Shown: positions 40,011 through 53,455 of the stretch, piece by piece
Position numbering within the stretch: the first letter of the stretch is position 1
Layout of the letters: every line of letters starts with the position of its first letter
Translations under genes and position numbers: made by a program
Source: Stegostoma tigrinum
Taxonomy: Eukaryota
Direction of reading: 5' to 3'
DNA: 64,000 bases
NCBI RefSeq assembly: GCF_030684315.1
Contig: NC_081364.1
Location: 32,042,645-32,106,644, forward strand
Notes under the pieces: model-generated
The model's database searches: none
Told to the model about the DNA's origin: nothing
Seen by the model: only the letters and a program-made list of their open reading frames with translations

Positions 40011-42258
40011 GAGATAATGGGAACTGCAGATGCTGAAGAATCCAAGATAACAAAGTGTGAAGCTGGATGAACACAGCAGGCCAAGCAGCATCTCAGGAGC
40101 ACAAAAGCTGCCATTTCGGGCCTAGACCCTTCATCAGAGAACCACACATCAACGAATACCAGTCACGTTTGGACATTGAGCAGTTTTTCCGCCGCCTTCG
40201 CCTCCACGCTTACTTCTTTAACCGGGAGCCTAACCCTCCCTCCACTGACCCCTTCACCTGCTTCCAACACAAGTCCTCCTCCTGGACACCACCCCCAGGC
40301 CTCCTACCCTCCCTCGACCTCTTCATGTCCAACTGCCATCGAGACATTAACTGCCTCAACCTCTTCACCCCTCTCACCCACTCCAACCTCTCCCCCGCAG
40401 AATAGGCAGCCTCCGCTCCCACCCCACCCTCACCATCAAACCTGCAGACAAGGGAGGTGCAGTGGTAGTATGGCGCACTGACCTCTACATCTCTGAGACC
40501 CAACGCCAACTCTCCGACACCACCTCTAACCGCCCCCTTCATCATGACCCCACCCCCGAGCACCAAACCATAATCTCCAGTACCATCCATGACCTCATCA
40601 CCTCAGGGGACCTCCCACTCACAGCCTCCAACCGTATTGTTCCCCAACCCCACACGGCCTGTTTCTATTTCCCTCCCAAAATCCACAAACCTGCCTGCCC
40701 TGGTCGACCCATTGTCTCAGCCTGCTCCTGCCCCACCAAACTCATCTCCACCTATCTCACTCCATTTTCTCCACTTTGGTCCAGGAACTCCCTACCTACG
40801 TCGGTGACACCACCCACGCCCTCCAGAACTTCCAATTCCCGACCCCAACACCTCATTTTCACCATGGACGTCAAGTTCACCTGGGCCATCTCCAACACAT
40901 CCGTCACCTTCCTGGACACCTCAGTCTCCATCTCAGGCAACCAGCTAGAAACGGATGTCCATTTCAAGCCCACTGACTCCCACAGATACCTAGAATACAC
41001 CTCCTCCCACCCACCCTCCTGCAAAAATTCCATCCCCTATTCCCAATTCCTCCGCCTCCACCGCATCTGCTCCCAGAATGAGGCATTCCACTCCCGCACA
41101 TCCCAATGTCCATGTTCTTCAAGGACTGCAACATTCCCCCCGCAGTGTCGAGAACGCCCTTCAGCACGTCTCCCGCATTTCCCGCAACACATCCCTCACA
41201 CCCCGTCCCCACCATAACCGCCCCAAGAGGATCCCCCTGTTCTCACACAGCACCCCACTAACCTCCAGATACAACGCATCATCCTCCGACACTTCCGCCA
41301 TCTACAATCCGACCCCACCACCCAAGACATTTTTCCACCTCCACCCTTGACTGCCTTCCGGAGACACCACTCTCTCCGTGACTCCCTTGTTCGCTCCACA
41401 CTGCCCTCCAACCCCACCACACCCTGCAACTTCCCCTGCATCCGCAGGAAGCACTATACTTGCCACCACACCTCCTCGCTCACCCCCATCCCAGACCCCA
41501 AGATGACTTTCCATATTAAGCAGATGTTCACCTGGACATCTGCCAGTGTGGTATATTGTATCCATTGTACCCGGTGTGGCTTCCTCTACATTGGGGAAAC
41601 CAAGTGGAGGCTTGGGGACCACTTTGCAGAACACCTCTGCTCTGTTCGCAATAAACAACTGCACCTCCCAGTCGGGAACCATTTTAACTCCCCCTCCCAT
41701 TCTTTAGATGACATGTCCATCATAGACCTCCTGCAGTGCCACAATGATGCCACCCGAAGGTTGCAGGAACAGCAACTCATATTCCGCTTGGGAACCCTGC
41801 AGCCCAAATGGTATCAATGTGGACTTCACAAGCTTCGAAGTCTCCCCTTCCCCCACCGCATCCCAAAACCAGCCCAGCTTGTCCCCTCCCCCCACTGCAT
41901 CCCAAAACTAGCCCAGCCTGTCTCCGCCTCCCTAACCTGTTCTTCCTCTCACCCATTCCTTCCTCCCACCTCAAGCCGCACCTCCATTTCCTACCTACTA
42001 ACCTCATCCCACCTCCTTGACCTGTCTGTCTTCCCTGGACTGACCTATCCCCTCCCTACCTCCTACACCTATACCCTCCTCTCCACCTATCTTCTTTTCT
42101 CTCCCTCTTCGGTCCGCCTCCCCCTTTCTCCCTATTTATTCCAGAACCCTCTCCCCATCCCCCTCTCTGATGAAGGGTCTAGGCCCGAAACGTCAGCTTT
42201 TGTGCTCCTGAGATGCTGCTTGGCCTGCTGTGTTCATCCAGCTTCACACCTTGTTATC
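40011..42258 (+). mobile_element. PLE copy B: inverted pLTR (40011-40140, minus) plus forward body with an internal RT deletion, flanked by a TSD
   Basis: PADKGGAVVV and PKIHK...GRPIVS motifs; GIY-YIG; direct repeats cacagatattacctga at 39997-40012 and 42258-42273; intact hammerhead at 42167-42194. Confidence 0.95.
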
Positions 42259-42651
42259 ACAGATATTACCTGATGGAATTTTAGGAAGATATTAACATTG
42301 ACCAACACTTGTGCCGGATTTTAAGGATCCCCATCAATCTTCTCAGCATGTTCCCTGTTTCTAGAAAAAGTCTCAGATTATTCTGAACCATTAAAAGTTG
42401 CTCATACAATCAATGACACAGGTGAAACATCCTCTGTCCCTGCCCCAACAATCCTATCCATATCACTCCCAAAAGGAAGACTTTCCAAAGTGTCCAAGTT
42501 TGAGGCCAACACCAAATTGCACATTGTGAGCAATGGCGCCAACTTGAGATAATCCGTGTGATCTGGAAAAGCAAGATCAATGATTAAAGAGATGGCAAGT
42601 GAACTGTGAGAAGTGCATATATTTAGATTTGGAAGTGGTTACTAAAATTAT

Positions 42652-42838
42652 GAAAAACAAAGAACTGCGGATGCTGTAAATCAGGAACAAAAACAAAGTT
42701 GCTGGAGAAGTTCAGCAGGTCCGGCAGCACGTGTAAAGGGAAAAACAGTGTTAACCTTTCACTTTGTGAGGAAGCGACACTGGACCCAAAACGTTAACTT
42801 TGTTTTTCCCTTCCAGATGCTGCCAGACCTGCTGTACT
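42652..42838. mobile_element. Older-family palindromic PLE mini-element
   Basis: Inverted arms (cagcaggtccggcagca...gttaac / gttaac...tgctgccagacctgctg) with a decayed hammerhead tgaggaagcgacactggacccaaaacgtt. Confidence 0.65.
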
Positions 42839-43147
42839 TTAATTATTACTTTAGTATTAGCAGGTGGTCCCAAAAGTAAATTATTGAAACACAGCTGTTT
42901 TGTAATGTTATGAAACCAAGATAGCACTTAAGTTCGATTTGGCCTTGCTGAGACAGTACCTGGAATGGGGTGTTTAGTTGCCATGCCTGCCTTACAAGAA
43001 AAATAAACACAAAACCTTTGAAGTCTGGAGAAGGTTTCTGAGAAGTTTGCACAATAATGAGTTCAAATCGACACTTGAACTTTATACTTTATGCAGTACT
43101 CCACACCAAATTCAATTAAAATGAGGACAGGACAACACAATTCTGAA

Positions 43148-43245
43148 GCTCTTGTGACGCAGTAGCAAGGTAGTGCAACTTACGTCTGGGCCAGGAGGCC
43201 TGGGTTCAAGTTGTACCTGCTCCAGGAGGTGTGTAATAACATTTG
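43148..43245 (+). mobile_element. tRNA-derived SINE fragment
   Basis: B-box-like ggttcaagt; similar to 59950-60060 and 45030-45148(-). Confidence 0.5.
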
Positions 43246-44387
43246 AAAATGTCTAAACTGAAATTATAAACAGGTATTTCCAATGCCTGTCAAACTGCAA
43301 AACTAAACAATACTGCATCACAAACCATTGTCTTCAATTGACAAACAGTGAAAAGTAAAAGACTCAGAACACCCTGGCAGCTGTAATACAGTGTGGCTCA
43401 CAATGCTTGAAATTCTTACTCTATTCCAAGAATACTGACAGACAGGTCAAATGCTGAGAGATATAAGTGAGCAGAAAACTGTCTCCAAACAAAAGTCAAG
43501 CAAAATACACATTTTACAAAACTGTCATGATACTGCAGTATAATCAGATGGAACTTCATGACCACCAACAAATCCTGACATTGAAATGTACAGCAAGTAG
43601 TGGGACCACATGAAGTGGGGGGTAGCAGAAGTATAAAAGCAATATTATCAAGGTCATCCAAATGGTGTGCAGCCTACTGCGGTCAAGGTTCGCCAGTTAA
43701 AGAAGTGGATTTTCCATGCCACTAGTCTTGAGGGTAGACTGTCACTGAAAGACAACCACTGCTGACGCAGCAAGGATACTTGCATTTCAGATGCCTTTGT
43801 TAATGTTGACAATTGTTTGCTTCCCACCCCTTCCCACAATCAAGCAGGATAGCCCAAGCAGGGAGGAGAAGACAACCCCTTAAGCACTTCCAGCAGCATT
43901 GCCAGGGTCTGCCTTTGTCACTAACAGCCCCATGTAATTAAGCCACTGTGTTTCAAATAATTTGGAAAATAAACCTTAATCGGTTTGTCAATATTAGCCA
44001 CAAGCCTCAGGTTAAGGTACTGACACAGCTCTCCAACATTTCAATAGCCCAGCCTATTCTTGCAGGACTTGGCAAATCTCAGCATTTATTTTAGAATTTT
44101 GATAACAATTTACTTCTGAATGTTTCTAATCAGAATTTTAAACAAGCTTTCCCCCTCCCCATATAAAAACACCTGTTGAATAAACTAACAGCTGACTGTA
44201 CGGTTAACAGGTCCCAAAGTTAGAGTAATGTCTCAACCTCGGTACGAAATGGGAATCAGTTCAAATGCAGGTCAACAACTAGCAGTGTCCTGCTCAAATG
44301 CAGATATCCAACTTTAACCATAATATGGACAAGAGAAAATTGAGATATGGACATTTTTATGTGTTGAACCATTCCTTCTTTCTAAAA

Positions 44388-44705
44388 ATTCATTCACAGA
44401 ATGAGGGCATTGCTAACCAGGCAGCATTTATTGCCCATCCCTAATTTGTCCAGAGAAAAGTTCAGAGTCAACCACATTGCTGTGGGTCTGGAATCACACG
44501 TAGGCCAGACCAGGTAGGGATGACAGTTTCCTTCTCTAAAGGACATTGGTGAACCAGATAAGTTTTTCCAACAATTGACAATGGGTTCATGGTCATCATT
44601 AGCCTCTTAATTCCAGATATTCTTTCACTGAATTCAAATTCCACCATCTGCTGTGGCGGGATTCAAACCCAGGTTTCCAGGAATAATACCACAAGGTCAT
44701 CACCT
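44388..44705 (-). mobile_element. SINE with B-box-like head and L2-like tail
   Basis: Minus strand gggtttgaatcccgccacagcagatggtggaatttgaattca...ggatgggcaataaatgctg; partial copies at 13725-14885 and 55705-55845. Confidence 0.65.
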
Positions 44706-45183
44706 CCTCACATCTTTCCATCTGTTCAGAAAGTTAGACGTTGATTCCTTTATTTTGAATTAAGATAGCTTCAAAAGCAAAATGATTTCTCACCACTGTC
44801 ATAAATATGATTTCTCCTCATTTAAACCCAAGTTTAAGAGACGTTTAATTTTGTGGAAGTTAAAGAAATAAAATGGCTCACATCCAACGGAAAATGCTGT
44901 GCAATAGTTTCATTAGGCAGCTGAGCCATTTTTCAAGTGCATTCATGGAGTAGTAATGCCCCATCCCTGAGCCAGAAGTCCCAGGTTAACGTCCCAACTG
45001 ATCAGAGTTGTGAGAAAACACACCTGACCTATTTTTCAGATCATCCTGCTCAGAGGTGTTATTACATACCTCTGGAACATGTGGGGCCTGAAGCCGGGTC
45101 TCTCAGTCCACAGGTCGGGACACCACTGCTGCGACATAATGCGACCCAACAAAATACATTCAAAACAGGTTGATTAAAAATAT

Positions 45184-45335
45184 CAAGGCGCAGAGCTGGA
45201 TGAACACAGCAGGCCAAGCAGCATCAGGGGAGCAGGAAGGCTGACATTTTGGGTGTAGAACATTCTTCAGAAGAAATTTCTGCCCCGCACCTTGTTATCT
45301 CAGATTCTCCAGCATCTGCAGTTCCTGCTATCTCT
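45184..45335. mobile_element. Asymmetric palindromic PLE mini-element (CTGAAGA subfamily) with degenerate TSD
   Basis: Long tail-less minus arm plus a short tailed plus arm; flanks tgattaaaaatatc (45171-45184) and tggttaaaaaatatc (45335-45349). Confidence 0.8.
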
Positions 45336-45529
45336 GGTTAAAAAATATCTACAGGTGACGCATTAAAAAAAAACTAAGTCAGTCTTGTTTAATTCCCAAC
45401 CTGTTGAGTTCTCTCATTTCAGAGTGGCAGGAGCGCCTAATGGACTTCTTTGCTCTAATCACCACCTAATGGCCCCTATTAGAAGTCCATGCAGATGAAT
45501 ATCAAGATGATAACAGGACTTTAGCTTCA

Positions 45530-46140
45530 CAGAGTCAGAATGTTCAGAACACAAAAAGAAGAACTTTACCCTGCTGCGTACACACCAAACATTCATCTAT
45601 TCACATCCAGTTTCCAGCGTTTGGCAGATAGCCTTGTATTCTTACGGCATTTCAAATTTCTAAACAGTTTAAATTTTTCAGGACTCCTACCTCTACAACC
45701 CTTTTCAACAATGAGTTCTAAACACCCGTAACACTCTCTGTGAAAAACTGTTTCCTCAACTCCTCTCTAAACTGCCTGCTCCTTCTCTTCAAACTGTACT
45801 CTCTGGCCCATCCACCAAAGGGAAATGTTTCTTGCTGTCTAATTTGACTCTGCCCCTCAGAACTCTACTTCTTAATCATATTGCCTGTCAGCCTTCTCTA
45901 CTGTAAGGAAATAACTTAGCTAGTCCCCCTTCATAGCTGAACCACTCCAGCCCATACTAATGAATCTCTTCTGCACCCGCCCAGCTGCAATCACACCTTT
46001 CCAGTAATGTAGTTACCAGAACTGCGCACAATACATGAGCTGTAGCCTGAATCACACTGCATACAACTCACATCATATCTTCCCTGCTCTAGTATTCCAT
46101 GCCTTGACCAAAGGCAGGAATCTCATATTCCTTAAGCACC
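45530..46140 (-). mobile_element. Old CR1 LINE 3' fragment
   Basis: Similar to other minus CR1 copies (aatctcttctgcaccc, accagaactgcgcacaatac). Confidence 0.65.
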
Positions 46141-46374
46141 TTGGTTGCATAGCCTCTCGTTGTTGAATCGCCAGGCAATTTTGTCAATTCATATGTTAAA
46201 TAAAATAACCAGTGGAAAAAGGGTACTTAAATTCAAAATGTTTTGAATCAAGGAACATAATTTCAGATGACAGAAATTACCTATTAGAAGTGCATGCAGA
46301 TGCACTGAAACTCTGGCGAGTTTCTCTGTATAAATCTAAATTTTAAACTTAAAGTCACTAGTAACCAGGAGATA

Positions 46375-46535
46375 AAAACCAGGGCTGGACAACTCAGCAG
46401 AACTAGCAAAATCTGTAGACTGTGTGAAAGAAAGAGTAAAGATTTTGAGTCTTGGTCCACAGATGCTCCCAGACCTATGTTTCTCCAGCAATTCTGCTTT
46501 TGTTTCAGATTTTGAACATCTGCAGTATTTTCCTA
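46375..46535. mobile_element. Older-family PLE pLTR inverted mini-element
   Basis: gctggacaactcagcag...ccacagatgctcccagacc...tcagattttgaacatctgcagtatt; possible degenerate TSD agtaaccaggagata / agtaaagcaggagata. Confidence 0.55.
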
Positions 46536-46560
46536 TCAGTAAAGCAGGAGATACTTGGTT

Positions 46561-49500
46561 AGAGATAATGGAAACTGCAGATGCTGGAGAATCTGAGATA
46601 CAAAGTGTGGAGCTGGATGAACACAGCAGGCCAAGCAGCATCTTAGGAGCACAAAAGCTGACGTTTCGGCCCTAGACCCTTCATCAGAGAGGGGGATGGG
46701 GAGAGGGTTCTGAAATAAATAGCGGGGGGTGGATCAAAGATGGATAGAGGAGAAGATACGTGGAGTGGAGACAGGCAAGTTAAAGGGGTGTGGATGGAGC
46801 CTGTAGAGGTGAGTGTAGGTGGGGAAGTAGGGAGGAGATAGGTCAGTCTAGGGAGGATGGACAGGTCAAGGGGGCGGGATGAGGTTTGTAGGTAGGAAAT
46901 GGAGGTGTGGCTTGAGGTGGGGTGGGGGGGAAGTGTACAGGTGAGAGGAAGATCAGGTTAGGCAGGCGGGGACAAGCTGGGCTGGTTTTGAATTGCAGTG
47001 GGGGAAGGGGAGATTTTGAAGCTGGTGAAGTCCACATTGATACCACTGGGCCGCAGGGTTCCCAAGCAGAATATGAGTTGCTGTTCCTGCAACCTACGGG
47101 TGGCATCATTATGGCACTGCAGGAGGCCCAGGATGAACACGTCATCTAAGGAATGGGAGGGGGAGTTAAATGGTTCACGACTGGGAGGTGCAGTTGTTTA
47201 TTGTGAACCGAGTGTAGGTGTTCTGCAAAGCAGTCCCCAAGTCTCCACTTGGTTTCCCCAATGTAGAGGAGGCCACACCGGGTACAGCGGATGAGTATAC
47301 CACATTGGCAGATGTGCAGGTGAACATCTGCTTGATGTGGAAAGTCTTGTTGGGGCCTGGGATAGGGATGAGGGAGGAGATGTGGGGGCAAGTGTAGCAC
47401 TTCCTGCGGTTGCAGGGGAAGGTGCCAGGTGTGGTGGGGTTGGAGGGGAGTGTGGAGCGGACAAGGGGGTCGCGGAGAGAGTGGTCTCTCCGGAAAGCAG
47501 ATGAGGGTGGGGATGGAAAAATGTCTTTGATAGTGGGGTCGGATTGTAGATGATGGAAGTGTCGGAGGATGATGTGTTGCATCCAGAGGTTGATGGGGTG
47601 GTATGCGTGGACAAGGGGAATTCTCTTTTGGTGGTTATTGCAGGGACAGGGTGTGAGGGACGAGTTGCAGGAAACACCGATGAAGGCGTTCTCGACCACT
47701 TATGGGGGTGGGGGGGTGGGTGGAGTTGTGGTCCTTGAAGTACAAGGATATCTGAGATGTATGGGAGTAGAATGCCTCAACCTAGAAGCAGATGCGGCAG
47801 AGGCGAGGAAATTGGGAATAGGGAATGGAATTTTTGCAGGAAGTGGGTAGGAGGTGGTGTATTCTAGGTATCTGTGAAAGTCGGTGGGCTTGAAATGGAT
47901 ATCGGTTTTTGGGTGGTTGCCTGAGATGGAGACAGTGTCATCCAGGAAGGTGAGAGATGTGTTGGAGATGGTCCAGGTGAAGTTGAGGTTGGAGTGGAAG
48001 GGTGTTGGTGAAGTGGATGAACTGTTCGAGCTCCTCTTGGGAGTACAAGGTGGCGCCCATACATTCATCAATGTAACGGAGAAAGTGGTGGGGTTCAAGG
48101 CCAGTGTAGGTACGGAAGAGGGGCTGTTCCACGTAACCTACAAAGAGGCAGGCATACTTTGGGGTCATGCAGGTACCCATGGCCGCCCCGCCTTTGTCTG
48201 TAGGAAGTGGGAGGAATTGAAAGAGAAGTTGTCGAGGACGAGGACAAATTCAGCTAGGTGGATGAGGTTGTCGTTGGAGGGGGAGGACTGGTGCGGGACA
48301 GCACGAATCGGTGGGCCTTTAGGCCATCTGCATGGGGAATGCAGGTGTATAGGGACTGGACGTCCATAATAAAAATGAGGTGTTGGGGACCAGGGAATTG
48401 GAAGTTCTGGAGGATTTGGAGGGCATGGGTGTTGTCACAGACGAAGGTAGGGAGTTCCTGGACCAAGGGAGCCGAGGGAGCAGAGGGCTTCACGTTCTGC
48501 GGGGGAGAGGTTGGAGTGGAGTCCAGGAGCACCCCAGGCCTCCTACCCTCCCTCGACCTCTTCATCTCCAACTGCTGTCGAGACATCACTCGCCTCAATG
48601 TCTCCACCCCCTCACCCACTCCAACATCGCCGCAGAACGCGCAGTCCTCTGCTCCCATCCCAACCTCACCATGAAACCCGCAGACAAGGGAGGGGCAGTG
48701 GTGGTATGGTGTAATGACCTCTACATTACTAAGGCCAGACAATAACTCTTCGACACCACCTCCAACCGCTCCCTGGGTCATGACCCCACCCCCGAGCACC
48801 AAACCATCATCTCCCAACCATCCACAACCTCATCACCTCAGGGGACCTCCCACCCACAGCCTCCAACATCATTGTTTCCCAACCCTGCACCACCCGTTTC
48901 TATCTCCTTCCCAAAATCCACAAACCCGCCTGCCCTGGTTGACCCATTGTCTCCACCTGTTCCTGTCCCACCGAACCCATCTCCACCTATCCGGACTCCA
49001 TTTTCTCCCCCTTGGTCTAGGAACTCCCTGCTTACATCTGTGACATCACCCACCCCCTTCACCTCCTCCAGAACTTCCAATTCCCTGGTCACCAACACCT
49101 CATTTTCACCAATGGTCATCCAATCCCTATACACCTGCATTCGACATGCAGATGGTCTAAAGGCCCTCCGCTTCTTGCTGTCCTGCAGACCCGACCAGTC
49201 CCCCTCCATCGACACCCTCATCCACCTAGCCGAACACGTCCTCACCCTCGACAACTTCTCTTTCAATTCCTCCCACTTCCTGCAGACAAAGGGAGCGGCC
49301 ATGGGTACCCGCATGGGCCCAAAGTATGCCTGCCTCTTTGTAGGTTGCATGGAACAGTCCCTCTTCCACACTTACACTGGCCCTAAATCCCACCGCTTCC
49401 TCCGTTACATTGACAGCTGTATCGTCGCCGCCACGAGCTCCCAAGAGGAGCTCGAACAGTTCATCCACTTCACCAACGCCTTCCACCCCAACCTCACCTG

Positions 49501-50862
49501 GACCATCTCCAACACATCCCTCACCTTCCTGGACATCACTGTCTCCATCGCAGACAACCACCTCAAAACCGAAATCCATTTCAAGTACACCGACTCCCAC
49601 AGCTATCCAGAATATACCTCCTCCCACCCACCTTCCTGCAATAATTCCATCCCCTATTCCCAATTCCTTTGCCTCTTCCGCATCTGCTCCCAGGATGAGG
49701 CATTCTACTCCCATATATCTCAGATGTCCTCGTTCTTCAAGGACCGCAACTTCCCCCCATAGTGGCTGAGAACGCCCTCGACAGTGTCTCCCACATTTCC
49801 TGCAACTCATCCCTCACACTCTGTCCCCGCAATAACCAAAACAGAATCCCCCTCGTCCTCACATACCACCCCACCAACCTCCGGATACAACGCATCATCC
49901 TCCATCACTTACACTGTCAACAATCTGACCCCACTACCAAAGACATTTTTCCATCCCCACCCTCATCTGCTTTCTGGAGAGACCACTCTCTCCATGCCTC
50001 CCTTGTCCGCTCCGCACTCCCTTCCATCCCACCACACCCGGCACTTTCCCCTCCAACTGCAGGAAGTGCTGCATTTGCCACCACACCTCACTCCTCACCC
50101 CTCACCCACATCCCAGGCCCCAAGAAGACTTTCCACATCAAGCAGATGATCACCTGGACATCTGCCAATGTGGTATACTGCATCCGCTGTATCCAGTGTG
50201 GCTCCCTCTACATTGGGGAAACCAAGGGAGGCTTGAGGACTACTTTGCAGTACACCTACGCTCGGTTCGCAATAAACAACTGCACCTCCCAGGCGCGAAC
50301 CATTTTAACTTCCCCTCCCATTCCTTAGACGACATGTCCATCCTGGGCCTCCTGCAGTGCCACAATGATGTCACCCAAAGGTTGCAGGAACAGCAACTCA
50401 GTCGACTTGGGAACCCTGCAGCCCAATGGTATCAATGTGGATTTCACAAGCTTCAAAATCTCCCCTCCCCCCACTGCATCCCAAAACCAGCCCAGCACGT
50501 CCCCACCTCCCTAACCTGTTCTTCCTCTCATCTATCCTCCCACTCCCACGTCAAGCCACACCTCCATTTCCTACCTACTAACCTCATCCCGCCCCCTTAA
50601 CTTGTCCATCCTCTCCGGACTGACCTATCCCCTCCTTACCTCCCCACTACAGGCTCCATCCACACCCCTTTAACTTGCCTGTCTCTCCACCTATCTTCTC
50701 CTCTATCCATCTTCGATCCACCTCTCCCTCTCAATTTATTTCAGAACCCTCTACCCATCCCCCTTTTCTGATGAAGGGTCTAGGCCCAAAACGTCAGCTT
50801 TTGTGCTCCTAAGATGCTGCTTGGCCTGCTGTGTTCATCCAGCTTCACACTTTGTTATCTCG
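46561..50862. mobile_element. PLE copy C: 4.3-kb head-to-head inverted pair (minus arm 46561 to about 48520, plus arm about 48531-50862), decayed
   Basis: RT and GIY-YIG remnants on both strands (e.g. QTKGAAMGTRMGPKYACLFV at about 49280); degenerate TSD gatacttggttag (46550-46562) / gatgcttggatag (50863-50875). Confidence 0.93.
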
Positions 50863-51758
50863 GATGCTTGGATAGGATTGTTAACAATCAGCAAGCCTCT
50901 GCCATTATCGAGAATGCTTTAGCAAAACATAATAATGGCCTTACACATGTCGAGTTAAGATAATGGATTCCTTTCTCCATCCCAGGTTTAAGCTCCAAGC
51001 TTGAATGACATTTAAACTCATTCAACCAAAGTGCATCATTAGTGAAATTTAGGGTCATTTGGCTAGTTACAGTGTTTGAAAAAGATACAGTTATCTAACT
51101 CTAAATATGGGAGAATAAGGAGGAGAAACATTGTTCAGCACGCTATCCTGTGCCATGTGTTCACACCTCCAGCTCCACAATCATTGAGAGAAAGTAATCT
51201 GACACAAGGAATTCAGGTGGTCAGATCATCCCATTGACCGAGGAAATGCTTACAGGCTAAAATAGGATGGCTGTAGCTGAAAAGTTACACGTTTTTTGCC
51301 TATATTAAGCCAAGTAGTTAATTGAGAAAGCAAGGTATTTAAACTACTTTATGCCAATGAACAAATACTTTCTGTTAAACAATCTCTAAGGATAAAACAC
51401 AGATTTCACTAAGCACTAGTAAAATTTATATACTTTGACTGAGAGCAATGAAATCATCACTAAGGAGAAAAATAAATTTTGCTCGAATTTTCTATGATGT
51501 TGCAAACTGGTAGCTGTGGGTGGGGGTGAGGTTGGAGGTTGGAGGTTAGGGGTTAATCAGCATTCAGCCGCAACACAGGATCATCTTAAGACTCATAATT
51601 GTAACCGGTACTAAAGCACATCTAATGTTACTCCATTTCCTGCTCAAACCACAGAATACTCACGTACATTAATGTTTTATAAATACTTCTTTCACAGATG
51701 GTAATCATTTTGTCAGTTTGTTTACATTTTTGACACCCTGATTTATTGGCACTCTGCT

Positions 51759-51850
51759 AAACAGCCCTATTAACGAGGTTACTTCCAATTATTAGATCTC
51801 TTTATGTAGTGTGTAACCAAAAAGTCATGGTGGTCAGACAACAAAATATT
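51759..51850 (+). repeat. 92-bp direct repeat, copy 1 (copy 2 at 53456-53547)
   Basis: aaacagccctattaa(c/a)gaggttacttcc...cagacaacaaaatatt, one mismatch. Confidence 0.95.
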
Positions 51851-52575
51851 TCTCCCCCAACTTTCTAATTCCATCAAATATAAATGCACTTCAATAGTCT
51901 TCAAAATTTTACTGAAAAGCTGAATACAAAAGAAATCTTTGTGTTCTATCCATTCAACTGCAAATTGAATACACATACAATTATTGATAAAAATTCCGTG
52001 TTTATGCAATTGCATAAAATATGCATAATTGCATAAAATAAACCTGGCCATTGAATATTACAAAGATGGGCACCAGATAAATTGTTTGATCTTTGTCGCA
52101 GTTATGCAAAATCCTGTTACACATTTTTTTCAGTCCTCTATGCTGTATCGCAAGTCAGCAGGCCAGTCATGCATTCAAAATGTTAGTCCTGACAGTTGGG
52201 TTTTACAGCACAGGTGCAAGACAGCTAAGTAATATTCAGTGATTAATGTTCATTAAGGAAAAAAGTTGCAAGCGTAAAGCCTTTTACAGTTCTATTAATG
52301 TACACTGCAACATCAAATCTCAACAGACAGATTTCATTTGCTGAGTAGCTAGTACATGTTTTTTTTTCACAAGAGTACTCATTTTATTACCAGAGATTGG
52401 GCCATTCATCCAAATATAAACTGTTCTGCTTTGATTGCCTTTCCATGCATTTACGTTGACTTATTTCTTTGACACTTGCACAGCTAAGACTTCCACAACA
52501 TTTACAAAGACAGAATTTGATTCTGATTACACCAGTCATTGAGATTGACAAATTATTTAGTCTGGGAAAGAAGCG

Positions 52576-52706
52576 CCTCTGATGAAGGGTCTAGGCCCGA
52601 AACGGCAGCTTTTGTGCTCCTGAGATGCTGCTTGGCCTGCTGTGTTCATCCAGCTTCACACTTTATTATCTTGGATTCTCCAGCATCTGCAGTTCCCATT
52701 ATCACT
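52576..52706 (+). mobile_element. Solo PLE pLTR fragment with tail; cleavage triplet mutated GTC->GGC
   Basis: Matches 3537-3668. Confidence 0.92.
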
Positions 52707-53455
52707 AAAAGTGAATAGCATTTTTCAAAGAGTGATGAATCCTTTTCATTCACAAAGGGAGAATGAAAACTACAAACAGACTGAGAAATACATTTCACTA
52801 AAATAGCAATTTACAGGGCTATAAGCCACATGAAAATGTTTTATGTGGTAAGCCATATCCAACAGCTGCAAAACATTGAAACATTCATTGTATCTCCTTT
52901 CATCCTATTCAAACAACATCTCTGTAGAGTAACTACAATTTTAAAACTTTAGGCAGTTCTTGTAATCTGACCTAAGCTCATTTTTATCTGACCCCAATGT
53001 TTTCACATCATTAATAAAGAAAGAATCTAAACAGAGGCTGCATATACTGGTACAAGAAAAGTTTACATAGCTTCATTTAACCCTCTGAAATCTACTGAAA
53101 CAATTTGCTATTCTTCAAGCACACAGTAAAATGCATGGATCTAAAATAATACACATTTGTTGACCAGGGTCATGAGTCATTTGGTACAATCATACACCAC
53201 TTATGACTGAAATTCTGACTTAAGAATTTAAAATAATAAAAAAGGTTGGTCCCTGACTTTAAGGTAACTTTTAATTTTGCCCATGCCAAGAAAAAATATA
53301 TTTGAAATAAACAACAAGTATATATTAAGCTTATTATGTATCATAATTTCTAGAAACACAAACTTAGCAAGAGGAAGCTCAGAGCTACTTAACAAGGAAT
53401 AATTACAGTTCCTTTACCATGTCTAATGAAGTAAATGTTTTATTCCACAAATATA

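Noticed and set aside
51518-51555. Telomere-like G-rich run (ggttggaggttggaggttagggg)
   Set aside because: Only one TTAGGG; a simple repeat
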